From a virus, in the IMG/VR virus record IMGVR_UViG_3300031758_000004, positions 1 through 64,000 of that record: a stretch of 64,000 nucleotides of DNA; one strand, given 5' to 3'. Every line of letters starts with the position of its first letter. Position 1 is the first letter of the stretch. A model generated the notes under the pieces. It was not told where the DNA came from. It searched no databases and was given only the letters and a program-made list of their open reading frames with translations. The translations under genes and the position numbers were made by a program. Positions 9,887 through 19,423 of the stretch are shown one piece after another.

Positions 9887-11209
9887 ATGAGTAATTTAAA
9901 AACACTTAATGATTTAGAAAATACAGAATTACTTAACTCTATGTTTAGTAATGATATAACCGTATTCGAAGATATTCAAGGAAGTAAAATATGGGTTAAT
10001 TGGAATGGTAAAGATTTTACTATAAAAGCAAAATCAATTAATAGTGATTCTATTAATCTAATTGATTTAGCTATGCAAAATTATTATAACCCAGCTATAA
10101 AATACTTAGATTCACTAGATAATAGAGTTAAATCACTTTTAAATAAAAAATGGTGGTTTTGTTTTGAGTACTTTCCTGATAATCAACCAGCAAATATAGA
10201 ATATGATAAACTTCCAAAAAATGGATTAGTATTAACATCTATTTATAAAAGTGGTAAATATGAGTTTAATATCGAAGAGATTGATGAATATTCTAGATTG
10301 ATGAATGTTGATATGATACCGGTTATATTTCAGGGTAAATTAACAGAGAGAATGATTGAGGCTATAAAGTATTTTTTAAACACAAGTGAAGAAGATTTAG
10401 AATATGTTTTTGGTGATAAGTCTTTTGCCTTTTTCTTTTATAAAATATTAAATCCACTCTCGGAAAATTCTTTTTTAATGCTTGATGAATTTCAAGAAAA
10501 TTTAGAAAAGCTAATTGTTAGAATAGATAGTAAAGATATATCATTTCAATTACTAAATCCACTATATAAAAGAGTAAGTAGTGATAAGTCAACTGACTAT
10601 GTGGAAATATACTCATTAATCTTAATTAACTTTTTGAATTTTTGTCAATCTTTAAATTTAGAAGATATTAAACTAAAAGGTACTAAAAAAGATGAGATTT
10701 ATATTTATCTAATTTGTAAGTTGTACAATTTTTATTTAGATGAAGTTAAAGATGACTTAGTAAATTTTGAGTTTATAATACCGGAATTTTTTGATAAAGA
10801 AAAATTTAAAATAAATAAAGAATTAATTCCAAACAAGATGACTAAAGAATATTTAGAATTAGATTCTAAACTTGAATATATCTTTAAAATAATTCTTGGT
10901 TCATTTAATAAGAAAAGAAAAAAACCAATTGGAGTTTTTACTGAAAATACGGTTAAGTTATTCAACTTATTTGTTGATGATATTGATAAGTATATTGATA
11001 GATACTTGAATAAGATACATGAAGTTGAGTTAACAAGATCTGGTCTTTTAGACTTTGATGAGTTTTTTGATATTCAATATGAAACAGATGCTGAAGGAGA
11101 AGTTTATCCAGATGTATTTGATGAAATACAAAAAGGATCAGAAGATAAAAAGAAAAAAGGTAAAGGTGGTAAAATAACATCAATAGTTGATGAGAAAGGA
11201 GTTAAGTAA
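9887..11209 (+). CDS. Hypothetical protein, possibly a degenerate ligase/nucleotidyltransferase fold
   Basis: 440 aa; VFEDIQGSKIWV resembles ligase motif I (EKxDGS) without the Lys. Confidence 0.45.
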   Translation: MSNLKTLNDLENTELLNSMFSNDITVFEDIQGSKIWVNWNGKDFTIKAKSINSDSINLIDLAMQNYYNPAIKYLDSLDNRVKSLLNKKWWFCFEYFPDNQPANIEYDKLPKNGLVLTSIYKSGKYEFNIEEIDEYSRLMNVDMIPVIFQGKLTERMIEAIKYFLNTSEEDLEYVFGDKSFAFFFYKILNPLSENSFLMLDEFQENLEKLIVRIDSKDISFQLLNPLYKRVSSDKSTDYVEIYSLILINFLNFCQSLNLEDIKLKGTKKDEIYIYLICKLYNFYLDEVKDDLVNFEFIIPEFFDKEKFKINKELIPNKMTKEYLELDSKLEYIFKIILGSFNKKRKKPIGVFTENTVKLFNLFVDDIDKYIDRYLNKIHEVELTRSGLLDFDEFFDIQYETDAEGEVYPDVFDEIQKGSEDKKKKGKGGKITSIVDEKGVK

Positions 11210-11382
11210 TGAGTATAAAAATGAAATCTGTTGAGGTGAGCACTAAAGCATTAAAAGCTGAATGGAGTGTTGAAATGGTGACAGATTTAAGTCATCATTA
11301 TGGTATTGATGATAATTTTTTAGAAGGTATTTTAAGATCCGAAATTAGAAGAAATAAGATAAAGAAAATTTTTAAAAAGTAG
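11209..11382 (+). CDS. 57-aa protein resembling an internal segment of gp23-type major capsid protein
   Basis: Hand translation MSIKMKSVEVSTKALKAEWSVEMVTDLSHHYGIDDNFLEGILRSEIRRNKIKKIFKK; TAATG coupling to the upstream gene. Confidence 0.65.
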   Translation: MSIKMKSVEVSTKALKAEWSVEMVTDLSHHYGIDDNFLEGILRSEIRRNKIKKIFKK

Positions 11383-11392
11383 AACTAAAATC

Positions 11393-12646
11393 ATGATACA
11401 TGATATAATATCTATGAATTTAGAAGTCTTAGAAATTGAGGATAAAAAATTTCACTCAACTATCAGAAAAAAACTTGAAACTAAAAAATCAAGTTTACAA
11501 TTCTTACCAACTATCTTAGAAGAATTATCTGAAAATAAAAATTTTGAGTACAAAGGTGTAAAATTAAAATCATCTTATATAGTTGATATAATACACAATC
11601 TTATTTTAAAATATTATTTTAAAAAAGAGAATAAATTTAACTTAATGTCAACTATCCTAAAAGATAAGTATGGATATCTTTATAATTATTATATTGGATA
11701 TTTAGTAGATAATAATATACTAGAAATGATCTCCAATTACCAAGCTGGTAGAAATGCTAGAGTTTATAAAATAAATGATAAAGTTCTAAAAGGTAAAATA
11801 AATCGATATAGAAATTCGGATAATATTTTACTTAAAAAGTATCGAAATAATGTTTGTCAAATTGAAGAAGATGGTATTAAAAACAAACTTATAGATGATG
11901 ATATCAAAACGAAGTTAGTAGATGATCTTTTTTATATTGATATTCAATTTGATAGATCAATATTTTATTTAGATAATTTAAAAGATAATGATAGTGATAT
12001 TTATAATAGAAATAAATATTCAGTAGAGTGTATAAATGATAAACACATATTCTATCATTTTGATAATTATGGTAGAATGCACACAAATTTCACAATTTTA
12101 AAATCATTCATTAGAAAAAACTGTTTACTGATAGATGGTGAAGAAACTTGTGAAATTGATATCAACAACAGCCAACCTCTTTTTTTAACAAAAATAATTT
12201 CCGATAGTAACTCAAAATGGGTTAGAAGTGATGAGTTTGAATTATTCAAATATTTAACCATAAATGGTAAATATTATCAATATGTAATGGATCATTTAAA
12301 AACTACTGATAAAGGAATGGTTAAAGAAATGACTTACCGAGTTCTTTTTGGTAAGAATGCTTCCAATAGTAAAGCAGATAAAGTATTTTCTGAATTATTT
12401 CCATCAATACATTATTTTATAAAACTTTATAAAAAAGAAAAAGGTGATTATAAAATTCTATCATATGAATTACAAAGAGCAGAATCTAATTTAATTTTTA
12501 ATAAAATCATAAGAGATATAATGATTTTTTACCCTGAAGTAAAATTAGTTACTGTACATGATAGTATAATTATTCCTAAAAAATATAAAGAACCTATCGA
12601 AACAATTTTCAAAACCAAATTATTTGAAGAATTTAATATTTTATAA
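11393..12646 (+). CDS. PolA-superfamily palm-domain protein of unknown function
   Basis: YGRMHT..EIDINNSQP (motif A-like), KEMTYRVLFG (motif B-like), TVHDSII (motif C-like). Confidence 0.55.
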   Translation: MIHDIISMNLEVLEIEDKKFHSTIRKKLETKKSSLQFLPTILEELSENKNFEYKGVKLKSSYIVDIIHNLILKYYFKKENKFNLMSTILKDKYGYLYNYYIGYLVDNNILEMISNYQAGRNARVYKINDKVLKGKINRYRNSDNILLKKYRNNVCQIEEDGIKNKLIDDDIKTKLVDDLFYIDIQFDRSIFYLDNLKDNDSDIYNRNKYSVECINDKHIFYHFDNYGRMHTNFTILKSFIRKNCLLIDGEETCEIDINNSQPLFLTKIISDSNSKWVRSDEFELFKYLTINGKYYQYVMDHLKTTDKGMVKEMTYRVLFGKNASNSKADKVFSELFPSIHYFIKLYKKEKGDYKILSYELQRAESNLIFNKIIRDIMIFYPEVKLVTVHDSIIIPKKYKEPIETIFKTKLFEEFNIL

Positions 12647-12681
12647 TTAATATATAACTATAAGATATTAATATATAAAAT

Positions 12682-13215
12682 ATGAACGGATTAGAAAGTG
12701 TACAATCTTCATATATAATTCTATCAGCTGATAGATTAAACGAAATGATTTCTGTTCTTTATTCAAAAGAATATCAAATCTTACCTATACAAGGTTATTA
12801 TAAAGGTAACTTTGAAGATTCTGTTATTGCTTGGGGACCAGATAATGATTCTTTAAGAAGAGATGCTATTTTCTTATTAGATCATTTTAATCAAGATTGC
12901 GCAATTGTAAAATACCAAGGAGATTCAAATGCTAAAAAAGTTTTCTTTGATGGTTCTGAACAACCACTGGGTTTACTTATGTATAATACCGATTCGGAAA
13001 ATAAATCATATTTACACAATGGTGTATCATTTTCGTTCGTAGAAGCAAAAAGATATTGGGTTCCAAAAACTATGGATGATTTAAAAGTTGGAATGATTGT
13101 TGAATACATGAACAACAATAAGTGGTATGAAAAAAAGATACAAAACCCAAAAGACGAATGGGATAGAATGTATAAATTACTACTTAAATATGATAAATTA
13201 AGAGTACCAGCATAA
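12682..13215 (+). CDS. Hypothetical protein
   Basis: 177-aa ORF behind tandem TAATATATA (12648, 12669). Confidence 0.7.
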   Translation: MNGLESVQSSYIILSADRLNEMISVLYSKEYQILPIQGYYKGNFEDSVIAWGPDNDSLRRDAIFLLDHFNQDCAIVKYQGDSNAKKVFFDGSEQPLGLLMYNTDSENKSYLHNGVSFSFVEAKRYWVPKTMDDLKVGMIVEYMNNNKWYEKKIQNPKDEWDRMYKLLLKYDKLRVPA

Positions 13216-13243
13216 AAAAAGACATCTTATAGATGTCTTTTTT
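13214..13243. terminator. Bidirectional intrinsic terminator
   Basis: aaaaaaagacatct-tat-agatgtcttttt. Confidence 0.85.
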
Positions 13244-13246
13244 ATT

Positions 13247-13963
13247 TTATATAACTTTAAAACTACAATATTGTCTCTCCCAATTTGGTGTTTCTTTTAA
13301 GAAATATCTACCATTTCCCTCATCAAGAATACAAATAATTCCACTTTGATCTGTATTGTTTGTTCTAAAAACAATCACTTTATCAGGATCAATTGAATAA
13401 TCAACAAAGTGTTGAAGACCTGTATTAGATAACATATCTAAACAATCCACCATTTTATAAAAAACATTCTTTCCTAATATAACAGTTTTAGCAGGACCTA
13501 TTCTACCTTCAACAGCAATTAAGTTGGAAGCCATCATTACTTTAGAAATAAACTTTCTATTATCAGATCCATCTGGTGAGTTTGATAAAGTTAAATCTAA
13601 ATTAACAGGTGAATTCAAATTCAAGTTTGATTTGTCAATAAAGTCGATAATTTCATCATAAAGACTATCTTCTGATATATATCTTTTTGATTGAATACTC
13701 ATACTATAAACTTGTGGGGCTATAACACCACCAAAAGATAACTCATCTCTTAATGTCTGATCAGGAACTATATCCACTAAATCTTCTTCATTAGCCTCAT
13801 CAAGAACAACATCAATTGCGATGTTTCTTCTTTCCATTTTTTTCTTCAATCTTTCTTCTTCAGTTTCATACACAAAATCAATATAATTGACTTGTATTTG
13901 AGGTAGTGTATTTTTCTCCTCTTTAAAGTTTGAAATTATTTTTATTTTATCAAAAGTTGTCAT
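13247..13963 (-). CDS. Hypothetical protein with a gp23/major-capsid-like segment
   Basis: RKFISKVMMASNLIAVEGRIGPAKTVIL and FVDYSIDPDKVIVFR..QSGI resemble the gp23 A-domain region. Confidence 0.5.
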   Translation of the reverse strand: MTTFDKIKIISNFKEEKNTLPQIQVNYIDFVYETEEERLKKKMERRNIAIDVVLDEANEEDLVDIVPDQTLRDELSFGGVIAPQVYSMSIQSKRYISEDSLYDEIIDFIDKSNLNLNSPVNLDLTLSNSPDGSDNRKFISKVMMASNLIAVEGRIGPAKTVILGKNVFYKMVDCLDMLSNTGLQHFVDYSIDPDKVIVFRTNNTDQSGIICILDEGNGRYFLKETPNWERQYCSFKVI

Positions 13964-13996
13964 ATTTATTGTCTTATTTTTTTAATATATAACTTT

Positions 13997-14914
13997 ATGG
14001 ATGATAAGTTTTACAACTTTATAAAAAAGGCAAATGATGTGCATAACAATTTTTATAATTATGATAGAGTAAATTACATAAACGCGAAAACGAAGATACT
14101 AATTGGATGTCCTATACATGGATATTTTGAACAATTACCATATAATCATTTAATTGGTAAGGGTTGTAAAAAATGTGCAATTGATAAAAATAAAAAATCA
14201 TTCAGTAAAAGTTTGTCCAAATTCATTGATCAATCAAATAAAGTTCATAATAACTTCTACAATTATGATCAAGTAGAATATATTAATGATGGTACGAAAG
14301 TTCATATATCTTGTCCTATACATGGATATTTTGACCAAACCCCAAATAAACATCTTAGAGGACAAGGATGTCCTAGATGTAAAATACAAAAAACTAAAAA
14401 TACTAACATTAAAAAATACTCACAATTTTTCCCTAGCAAAGCGAATAATACACATGGTGTTCTATATGATTATTCGAAGTTAAATTATATAAATGCTAAA
14501 ACACCAGTGGAAATAATTTGCCCAAAACATGGATCATTTAAACAAATGCCATCAAATCACTTAGATGGTAAGGGTTGTCCAAAATGTAATCAATCTAGAG
14601 GTGAGAATAGAATAGAGAGATTTCTAATAAAAAATAATATAACATACGAAACACAGAAAAAATTTGATGATTGTATAAAAAATAAAAAATTATCATTTGA
14701 CTTTTGGTTATCAGATAAAAATATTTTAATCGAATATGATGGTATACAACACTTCAAACCACTGGGATTTCAAGGTGGAATGGATAAGTTAAAATACACA
14801 ATAGAATGTGATAAAATAAAAGATGAATATTGTAAATCTAAAAATATTCATCTTTTAAGAATTTCATATAAAGATTTTAATAAAATTGAAGATATTTTAT
14901 TAAATAATATTTAA
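13997..14914 (+). mobile_element. Free-standing homing-endonuclease-like gene (CPxHG..GCPxC repeats plus Vsr/DUF559-like nuclease)
   Basis: Three YDY..CPxHG..HL.G.GC repeats; IEYDGIQH; TAATATATA at 13983. Confidence 0.8.
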
Positions 14915-15669
14915 AAATTATCATATTTATTTTTCATTCCAATTTTTGGAGAACTAGTCATGATTTGTTTACTCAATTCTTCTCTTGTTAATGACTTCAA
15001 TTTCGATAACAATTGTAAATTTCTCTGATACCACTTCATGTCAATTTTTTCTTTATCGTGATAAAGATGGTAACATCTTCCCGGTTGTTCATACCACGTT
15101 AAAAAGTTCTCCACCTTAACAGTTTGAAAGTCATCTTCACCTCCCCAAGAAATAAAGTCTTCGTTCCACCCTGCGATTTTTTTAATAGCATCCGTTCTAA
15201 ACATAGTTATACCTCCGGAGATGTTGATTTTTTGAATATCATTTTCACCCCTACCTGGTCTATCAATTTTTAACATCTCTTCTAATTGAAATCCACTTTC
15301 TTGTGGGTTTAAATCAACAACAGAATTATAAGGACTAACCATCTCAAACTGTTCTAATGATTTCAAACCACTTATAAATAGTTCAGGGTTCATTATCAAA
15401 TCACAGTCTGTAAAAACCGTAACTTTTGAATTAACGTGTTTTAAACCAACATTAAATCCCCAAGAACGGTTGAATGGCATTTTTGATTTTGTAAAGATAT
15501 GTTTTCCTGGAAAGTTTAAATGACCAATTTTAGAATGTGTATCTTGTTCAACTATTATTAATTCTACATTAGAAAATCCAGTTATCCACTCCAGTATTCT
15601 TTTTAGATTGTTCCATCTCTGTATATTGTGTCTGTATAAAATTATACAGCTAAAACTATATGAATTCAT
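14911..15669 (-). CDS. Glycosyltransferase (GT2/GT7-like)
   Basis: FNRSWGFNVG, FTDCD, GWNEDFISWGGEDD. Confidence 0.8.
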   Translation of the reverse strand: MNSYSFSCIILYRHNIQRWNNLKRILEWITGFSNVELIIVEQDTHSKIGHLNFPGKHIFTKSKMPFNRSWGFNVGLKHVNSKVTVFTDCDLIMNPELFISGLKSLEQFEMVSPYNSVVDLNPQESGFQLEEMLKIDRPGRGENDIQKINISGGITMFRTDAIKKIAGWNEDFISWGGEDDFQTVKVENFLTWYEQPGRCYHLYHDKEKIDMKWYQRNLQLLSKLKSLTREELSKQIMTSSPKIGMKNKYDNF

Positions 15670-15703
15670 ATATAATTTTTTTTCTTTTTATAGAAAATTT
15701 TAG

Positions 15704-15711
15704 TATCTTTG
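15704..15711 (+). promoter_or_regulatory. Bacteroidota-type -7 element TAnnTTTG
   Basis: tatctttg 22 nt upstream of ATG 15734; no clear -33 element. Confidence 0.45.
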
Positions 15712-15733
15712 TTTAATATAAAGTATAATATTT

Positions 15734-16138
15734 ATGAATATAGTTGGTTGGAGAGAATTATTTCATTTTGTGGATCTTGGATTGGTTAATGTACCTGCTA
15801 AAATCGACACAGGTGCTTACAGTAATGTCTTACATTGTGACGAGATAGAGGAATTAGAAGGTAAATTACATTTTAGAATAGGCGATAAAAACTTCGTCTA
15901 TGAAAAATTCAAAACAATAAATGTTAAAAGTTCATTTGGTCATGAACAAGAACGTTATGCAATTCCCACAAGTGTTATTTTAGGAAATACTCCATATAAA
16001 TTATATGTTTCACTAAACAATCGTGATAATATGCAATATCCTATGTTAATAGGAAGAAGATTTCTACAAAAGTTCAACTTTATTGTTGATGTTAATAAAG
16101 AATGTTTAAATATAAATGATTTTTTTAAAAAAGTATAA
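15734..16138 (+). CDS. Retropepsin-like aspartic protease (RimK-associated 'ATP-dependent Zn protease' type)
   Basis: AKIDTGAYS, PMLIGRRFL. Confidence 0.75.
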   Translation: MNIVGWRELFHFVDLGLVNVPAKIDTGAYSNVLHCDEIEELEGKLHFRIGDKNFVYEKFKTINVKSSFGHEQERYAIPTSVILGNTPYKLYVSLNNRDNMQYPMLIGRRFLQKFNFIVDVNKECLNINDFFKKV

Positions 16139-16673
16139 TTTCTTTACTGGGACACCTAATCATATTTCCAGTGTACTCTTAGAAGTTGTTAACTTCCTTG
16201 AAGTTGATAATTATAATTATGTACTTTTCGCACCTAACAAAGAGAAAAGTTGTGGTCTTATATACGGACTACATAGTTGTATATTATTTAACAACTTTGA
16301 AGAGTTTGAAGAGTTAGTAAACGATAAGTCAAATCTATTTCGAGTTAACTTAATTGTAATTGATCTTTATCAATATAAAAGTCACCAAGTAACAAACTTC
16401 TTAAAAGTCATAGAAAAATTAGATTATAAATTCATTATAATTGCTAAAGAATATCACTACAAATCAACTGATGATGTAAATGATTTTCATGTTGAAATAA
16501 AATATAATCTTGATCCAAATATCACAACACCTACAAGTTTCAATGCCAATAGAAATTTACAATCTAAATTCATTAAAGATAATATCAATGGATGGACAAC
16601 CGAATTAGACAAATTGAAAGGTGCTTACATAAGAGATAAGAAAATTGATTCATTATTTGATGATGAAAAATAA
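16116..16673 (+). CDS. Hypothetical protein with C-terminal IRDKKIDSLF motif
   Basis: 185-aa ORF. Confidence 0.7.
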   Translation: MIFLKKYNFFTGTPNHISSVLLEVVNFLEVDNYNYVLFAPNKEKSCGLIYGLHSCILFNNFEEFEELVNDKSNLFRVNLIVIDLYQYKSHQVTNFLKVIEKLDYKFIIIAKEYHYKSTDDVNDFHVEIKYNLDPNITTPTSFNANRNLQSKFIKDNINGWTTELDKLKGAYIRDKKIDSLFDDEK

Positions 16674-16684
16674 GTTATTTAGAA

Positions 16685-16716
16685 TTTGTCTAAATAAAAT
16701 AAAATACGTATATTTG
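16685..16716 (+). promoter_or_regulatory. Bacteroidota-type housekeeping promoter
   Basis: TTTG (16685-88), 20-nt spacer, TATATTTG (16709-16); matches the established TTTG-N19-21-TAnnTTTG consensus. Confidence 0.7.
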
Positions 16717-16749
16717 TATATAATTAAACAATAATATATCTTCAATAAA

Positions 16750-17934
16750 ATGAGAATTACTAAAAAGTTTTTACAACTAACAAGGTTTACTTACCCACAC
16801 GGAACCGAGTTAGGTTTATTAAACAATCTACCAAAGGGATATCAAGAAGACGGTTTAGGAAACTACTATTTAGTTATTGGTGATAAACCAACAACTATGT
16901 TTACATGCCACTTAGATACAGCTGATAAAGCTCAGAAAAAGGTAAATCACGTATTTAATGGTAATATGATTGGTACAGATGGTACTTCTATCTTAGGTGC
17001 TGATGATAAAGCTGGTATGACTGTTATTTCCTATATGATATCAAAAGGAGTTCCAGGTCTTTACTACTTCTTTATTGGTGAAGAAGTTGGTTGTATTGGT
17101 TCAGGTAGATTAGCAAGAGAGTGGAAAAATACTGAGTTTTCAAAACATATCAACAAGTGTGTTAGTTTTGATAGACGTGGTACAACTTCAATTATTACTT
17201 ATCAAATGTTTGGTAGATGTTGTTCTGAAACATTCGCTGTTGAATTAGCAAAACGAATGAATGTTACAAACAACTCGATGAATATGAGACCAGATAGTAC
17301 TGGTATCTTAACAGACTCGGCTAAGTTTATGGACTTAATTCCAGAGTGTACTAATATTTCTGTTGGTTATTATGATGAACATACCACAAGAGAACGTCAA
17401 GATATTGAATACTTAAAAAGATTATGTAAAACAGTTTGTGAAATTGACTGGGAGACTTTACCAATTGAAAGAGATCAAAACAACTACGATGATGGTTGGA
17501 ATGATGATGATGGTTGGGGCTTTTGGGGAGGCGGAGGCGTTGGATATGGAGGTGGATCTTCATATTCTTCTCATAAGTCCAAAAAATATGTTTCTTCTAA
17601 TCCTAATTGGAGTACTGATTTTTTTACTCACGTTTATTTAAACGGTTCTGAAAAGAAAGTTTATTTACACAAAAAACAAATTGAGTTAGAAAAGAAAATG
17701 ATTCATAGTTGGTTATCAAATCAAATTGACTCATTTGATTTTGTAGAGATTATTTGGAATGGTCACTCACTTTACTCTGAGTCAGCATCAGGTAGAATTG
17801 AGTATGTTGGTAGTAGAAGTGATTTAATTGAACACTTACCAGAACTAAAAACAGTTCCTATGGAAGCAATATCTGAAACTATTCAGTTAGTAGAAGAAGA
17901 TGATTATGGATTTGATTTTGAAGATATGTATTAA
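16750..17934 (+). CDS. M20/M28-family metallopeptidase-like protein
   Basis: HLDT, GADDKAG, EEVGC and a distal His (YYDEH). Confidence 0.75.
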   Translation: MRITKKFLQLTRFTYPHGTELGLLNNLPKGYQEDGLGNYYLVIGDKPTTMFTCHLDTADKAQKKVNHVFNGNMIGTDGTSILGADDKAGMTVISYMISKGVPGLYYFFIGEEVGCIGSGRLAREWKNTEFSKHINKCVSFDRRGTTSIITYQMFGRCCSETFAVELAKRMNVTNNSMNMRPDSTGILTDSAKFMDLIPECTNISVGYYDEHTTRERQDIEYLKRLCKTVCEIDWETLPIERDQNNYDDGWNDDDGWGFWGGGGVGYGGGSSYSSHKSKKYVSSNPNWSTDFFTHVYLNGSEKKVYLHKKQIELEKKMIHSWLSNQIDSFDFVEIIWNGHSLYSESASGRIEYVGSRSDLIEHLPELKTVPMEAISETIQLVEEDDYGFDFEDMY

Positions 17935-17935
17935 T

Positions 17936-17967
17936 AAAAAAACCTCAGTTAAACTGAGGTTTTTTTT
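17936..17967. terminator. Bidirectional intrinsic terminator
   Basis: aaaaaaacctcagtt-a-aactgaggttttttt. Confidence 0.85.
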
Positions 17968-18157
17968 ATCCTAGAATGATACCAGGTGATTTGTATCCTG
18001 CTTGAGAAACGATCTCTAACATTTGAGTAGATGTTAATTCCTTTGAATTCCAACCTCTTTTTCTTGAGTATTCATTGATGAATTTTTCTCTTAAAAGATT
18101 CATTTCTTCTACTGGAATAGTTTCATTCTTAATCATTTTAAGGTTTTTATCTTCCAT
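17966..18157 (-). CDS. Small hypothetical protein
   Basis: 63 aa; TAATATATA on the minus strand upstream. Confidence 0.6.
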   Translation of the reverse strand: MEDKNLKMIKNETIPVEEMNLLREKFINEYSRKRGWNSKELTSTQMLEIVSQAGYKSPGIILG

Positions 18158-18190
18158 ATTTTTTAATTATTTTTGATTATATATTAAAAT

Positions 18191-18198
18191 TATATTTG
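18191..18198 (+). promoter_or_regulatory. Bacteroidota-type -7 element
   Basis: TATATTTG 14 nt before ATG 18213; a second copy at 18918-18925 precedes ATG 18931. Confidence 0.5.
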
Positions 18199-18212
18199 TA
18201 TATTTATAAATT

Positions 18213-18452
18213 ATGAGTTTAACTATTTGGGATGAAGTAAATACTCCTGCTGGTAAGGGTATATTAACTTCTGTTACAACACCAGGAAATGGTCTTTATA
18301 TCGATTATGATAGTGCCAGATGTTCTGTTTATTATCAAAAAAGAGTTGAATACCAAGGAGGTCTTTGGATATCAAGAGAATGGAATTATAAAGAAATATT
18401 AGATTTAAATAAAGACCTAATAAGAGATAATAAATTAAATAAAATTTTATGA
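18213..18452 (+). CDS. Small protein with C-terminal IRDNKLNKIL motif
   Basis: 79-aa ORF. Confidence 0.7.
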   Translation: MSLTIWDEVNTPAGKGILTSVTTPGNGLYIDYDSARCSVYYQKRVEYQGGLWISREWNYKEILDLNKDLIRDNKLNKIL

Positions 18453-18838
18453 TAACAATTACAATAAGCTTATTCCAATTACTTGGAGTCTTGGCTATTT
18501 TTTCATATAACTTTTATATGATTAAAAAAGGTAAATCAATTTTATATGATTTATCTACTGGTGTTAAATGCTATAACTGTAAATCCGAAACTGGACATCA
18601 AAGGAATACAATAGAAGATATTTCAAACACAAATAACTTCAAATTATGTAAAAGTTGTGAGAGAGACCAGAAATTAGATAACCTCGTAAATAAATTTAAA
18701 TTTGATAAGATTAAGTTTAAGAAATTTGCTTTGAGTGATAAATTCAATAAAAAATTAATTTTTTACTTTTTAGGTTATATTGCTTTTTGTATTTTAATTG
18801 ACGTTTTTCTCTCTTATTTTTTCAAATTAATTTCATGA
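18449..18838 (+). CDS. Small membrane/zinc-finger protein
   Basis: Two hydrophobic segments flank CYNC..CKSC; ERDQKLDNL motif. Confidence 0.6.
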   Translation: MITITISLFQLLGVLAIFSYNFYMIKKGKSILYDLSTGVKCYNCKSETGHQRNTIEDISNTNNFKLCKSCERDQKLDNLVNKFKFDKIKFKKFALSDKFNKKLIFYFLGYIAFCILIDVFLSYFFKLIS

Positions 18839-18930
18839 CAAAGACTTTGAATTTATGTTCTTTAGTATTTTCTTTATTTACTTTATATAGAACAAAGCTT
18901 ACAATGGAATAATTTATTATATTTGTAATT

Positions 18931-19407
18931 ATGTTTGAAATAATTGGTAAAATAGAATTTGATCCTGTAAACGTGACTAAAAAACACGATAAGCAATCCT
19001 CATGGAAAAAAGTTGCTATGGTTAGATTTCAAAATAATGATGATACCTATGCTTATTATTCTTGGTTCTTAAAAAAAAGATTTAATTTAGTATTAAATAA
19101 ACCAATTCGAGGAACACACTTAACAATTATCAATGATATTGTTGATGATGAATTGTATATGATGAGTAGAGAGTTATTTCATGGTAAAGAAATAAAAATA
19201 CAATACGATCCATCTGATATAAGATCTAATAAAAAAGGTCACTGGTGGTTAAAAGCTTATTGTGATGATGCTCATAATATAAGAACTGTTATGGGATTAG
19301 ATCCTAAGCCTTATTTTGGTCTACACATTACAATTGGTTTGGCAACACACTTACAATTAGAACACTCTAAATATATTACTGATCAATGTATAAGGTTTGA
19401 TTTATAA
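18931..19407 (+). CDS. Hypothetical protein, possibly 2H-phosphoesterase-like
   Basis: Two HxT motifs (GTHLTI, GLHITI). Confidence 0.5.
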   Translation: MFEIIGKIEFDPVNVTKKHDKQSSWKKVAMVRFQNNDDTYAYYSWFLKKRFNLVLNKPIRGTHLTIINDIVDDELYMMSRELFHGKEIKIQYDPSDIRSNKKGHWWLKAYCDDAHNIRTVMGLDPKPYFGLHITIGLATHLQLEHSKYITDQCIRFDL

Positions 19408-19423
19408 TTTTAATATATACTAA

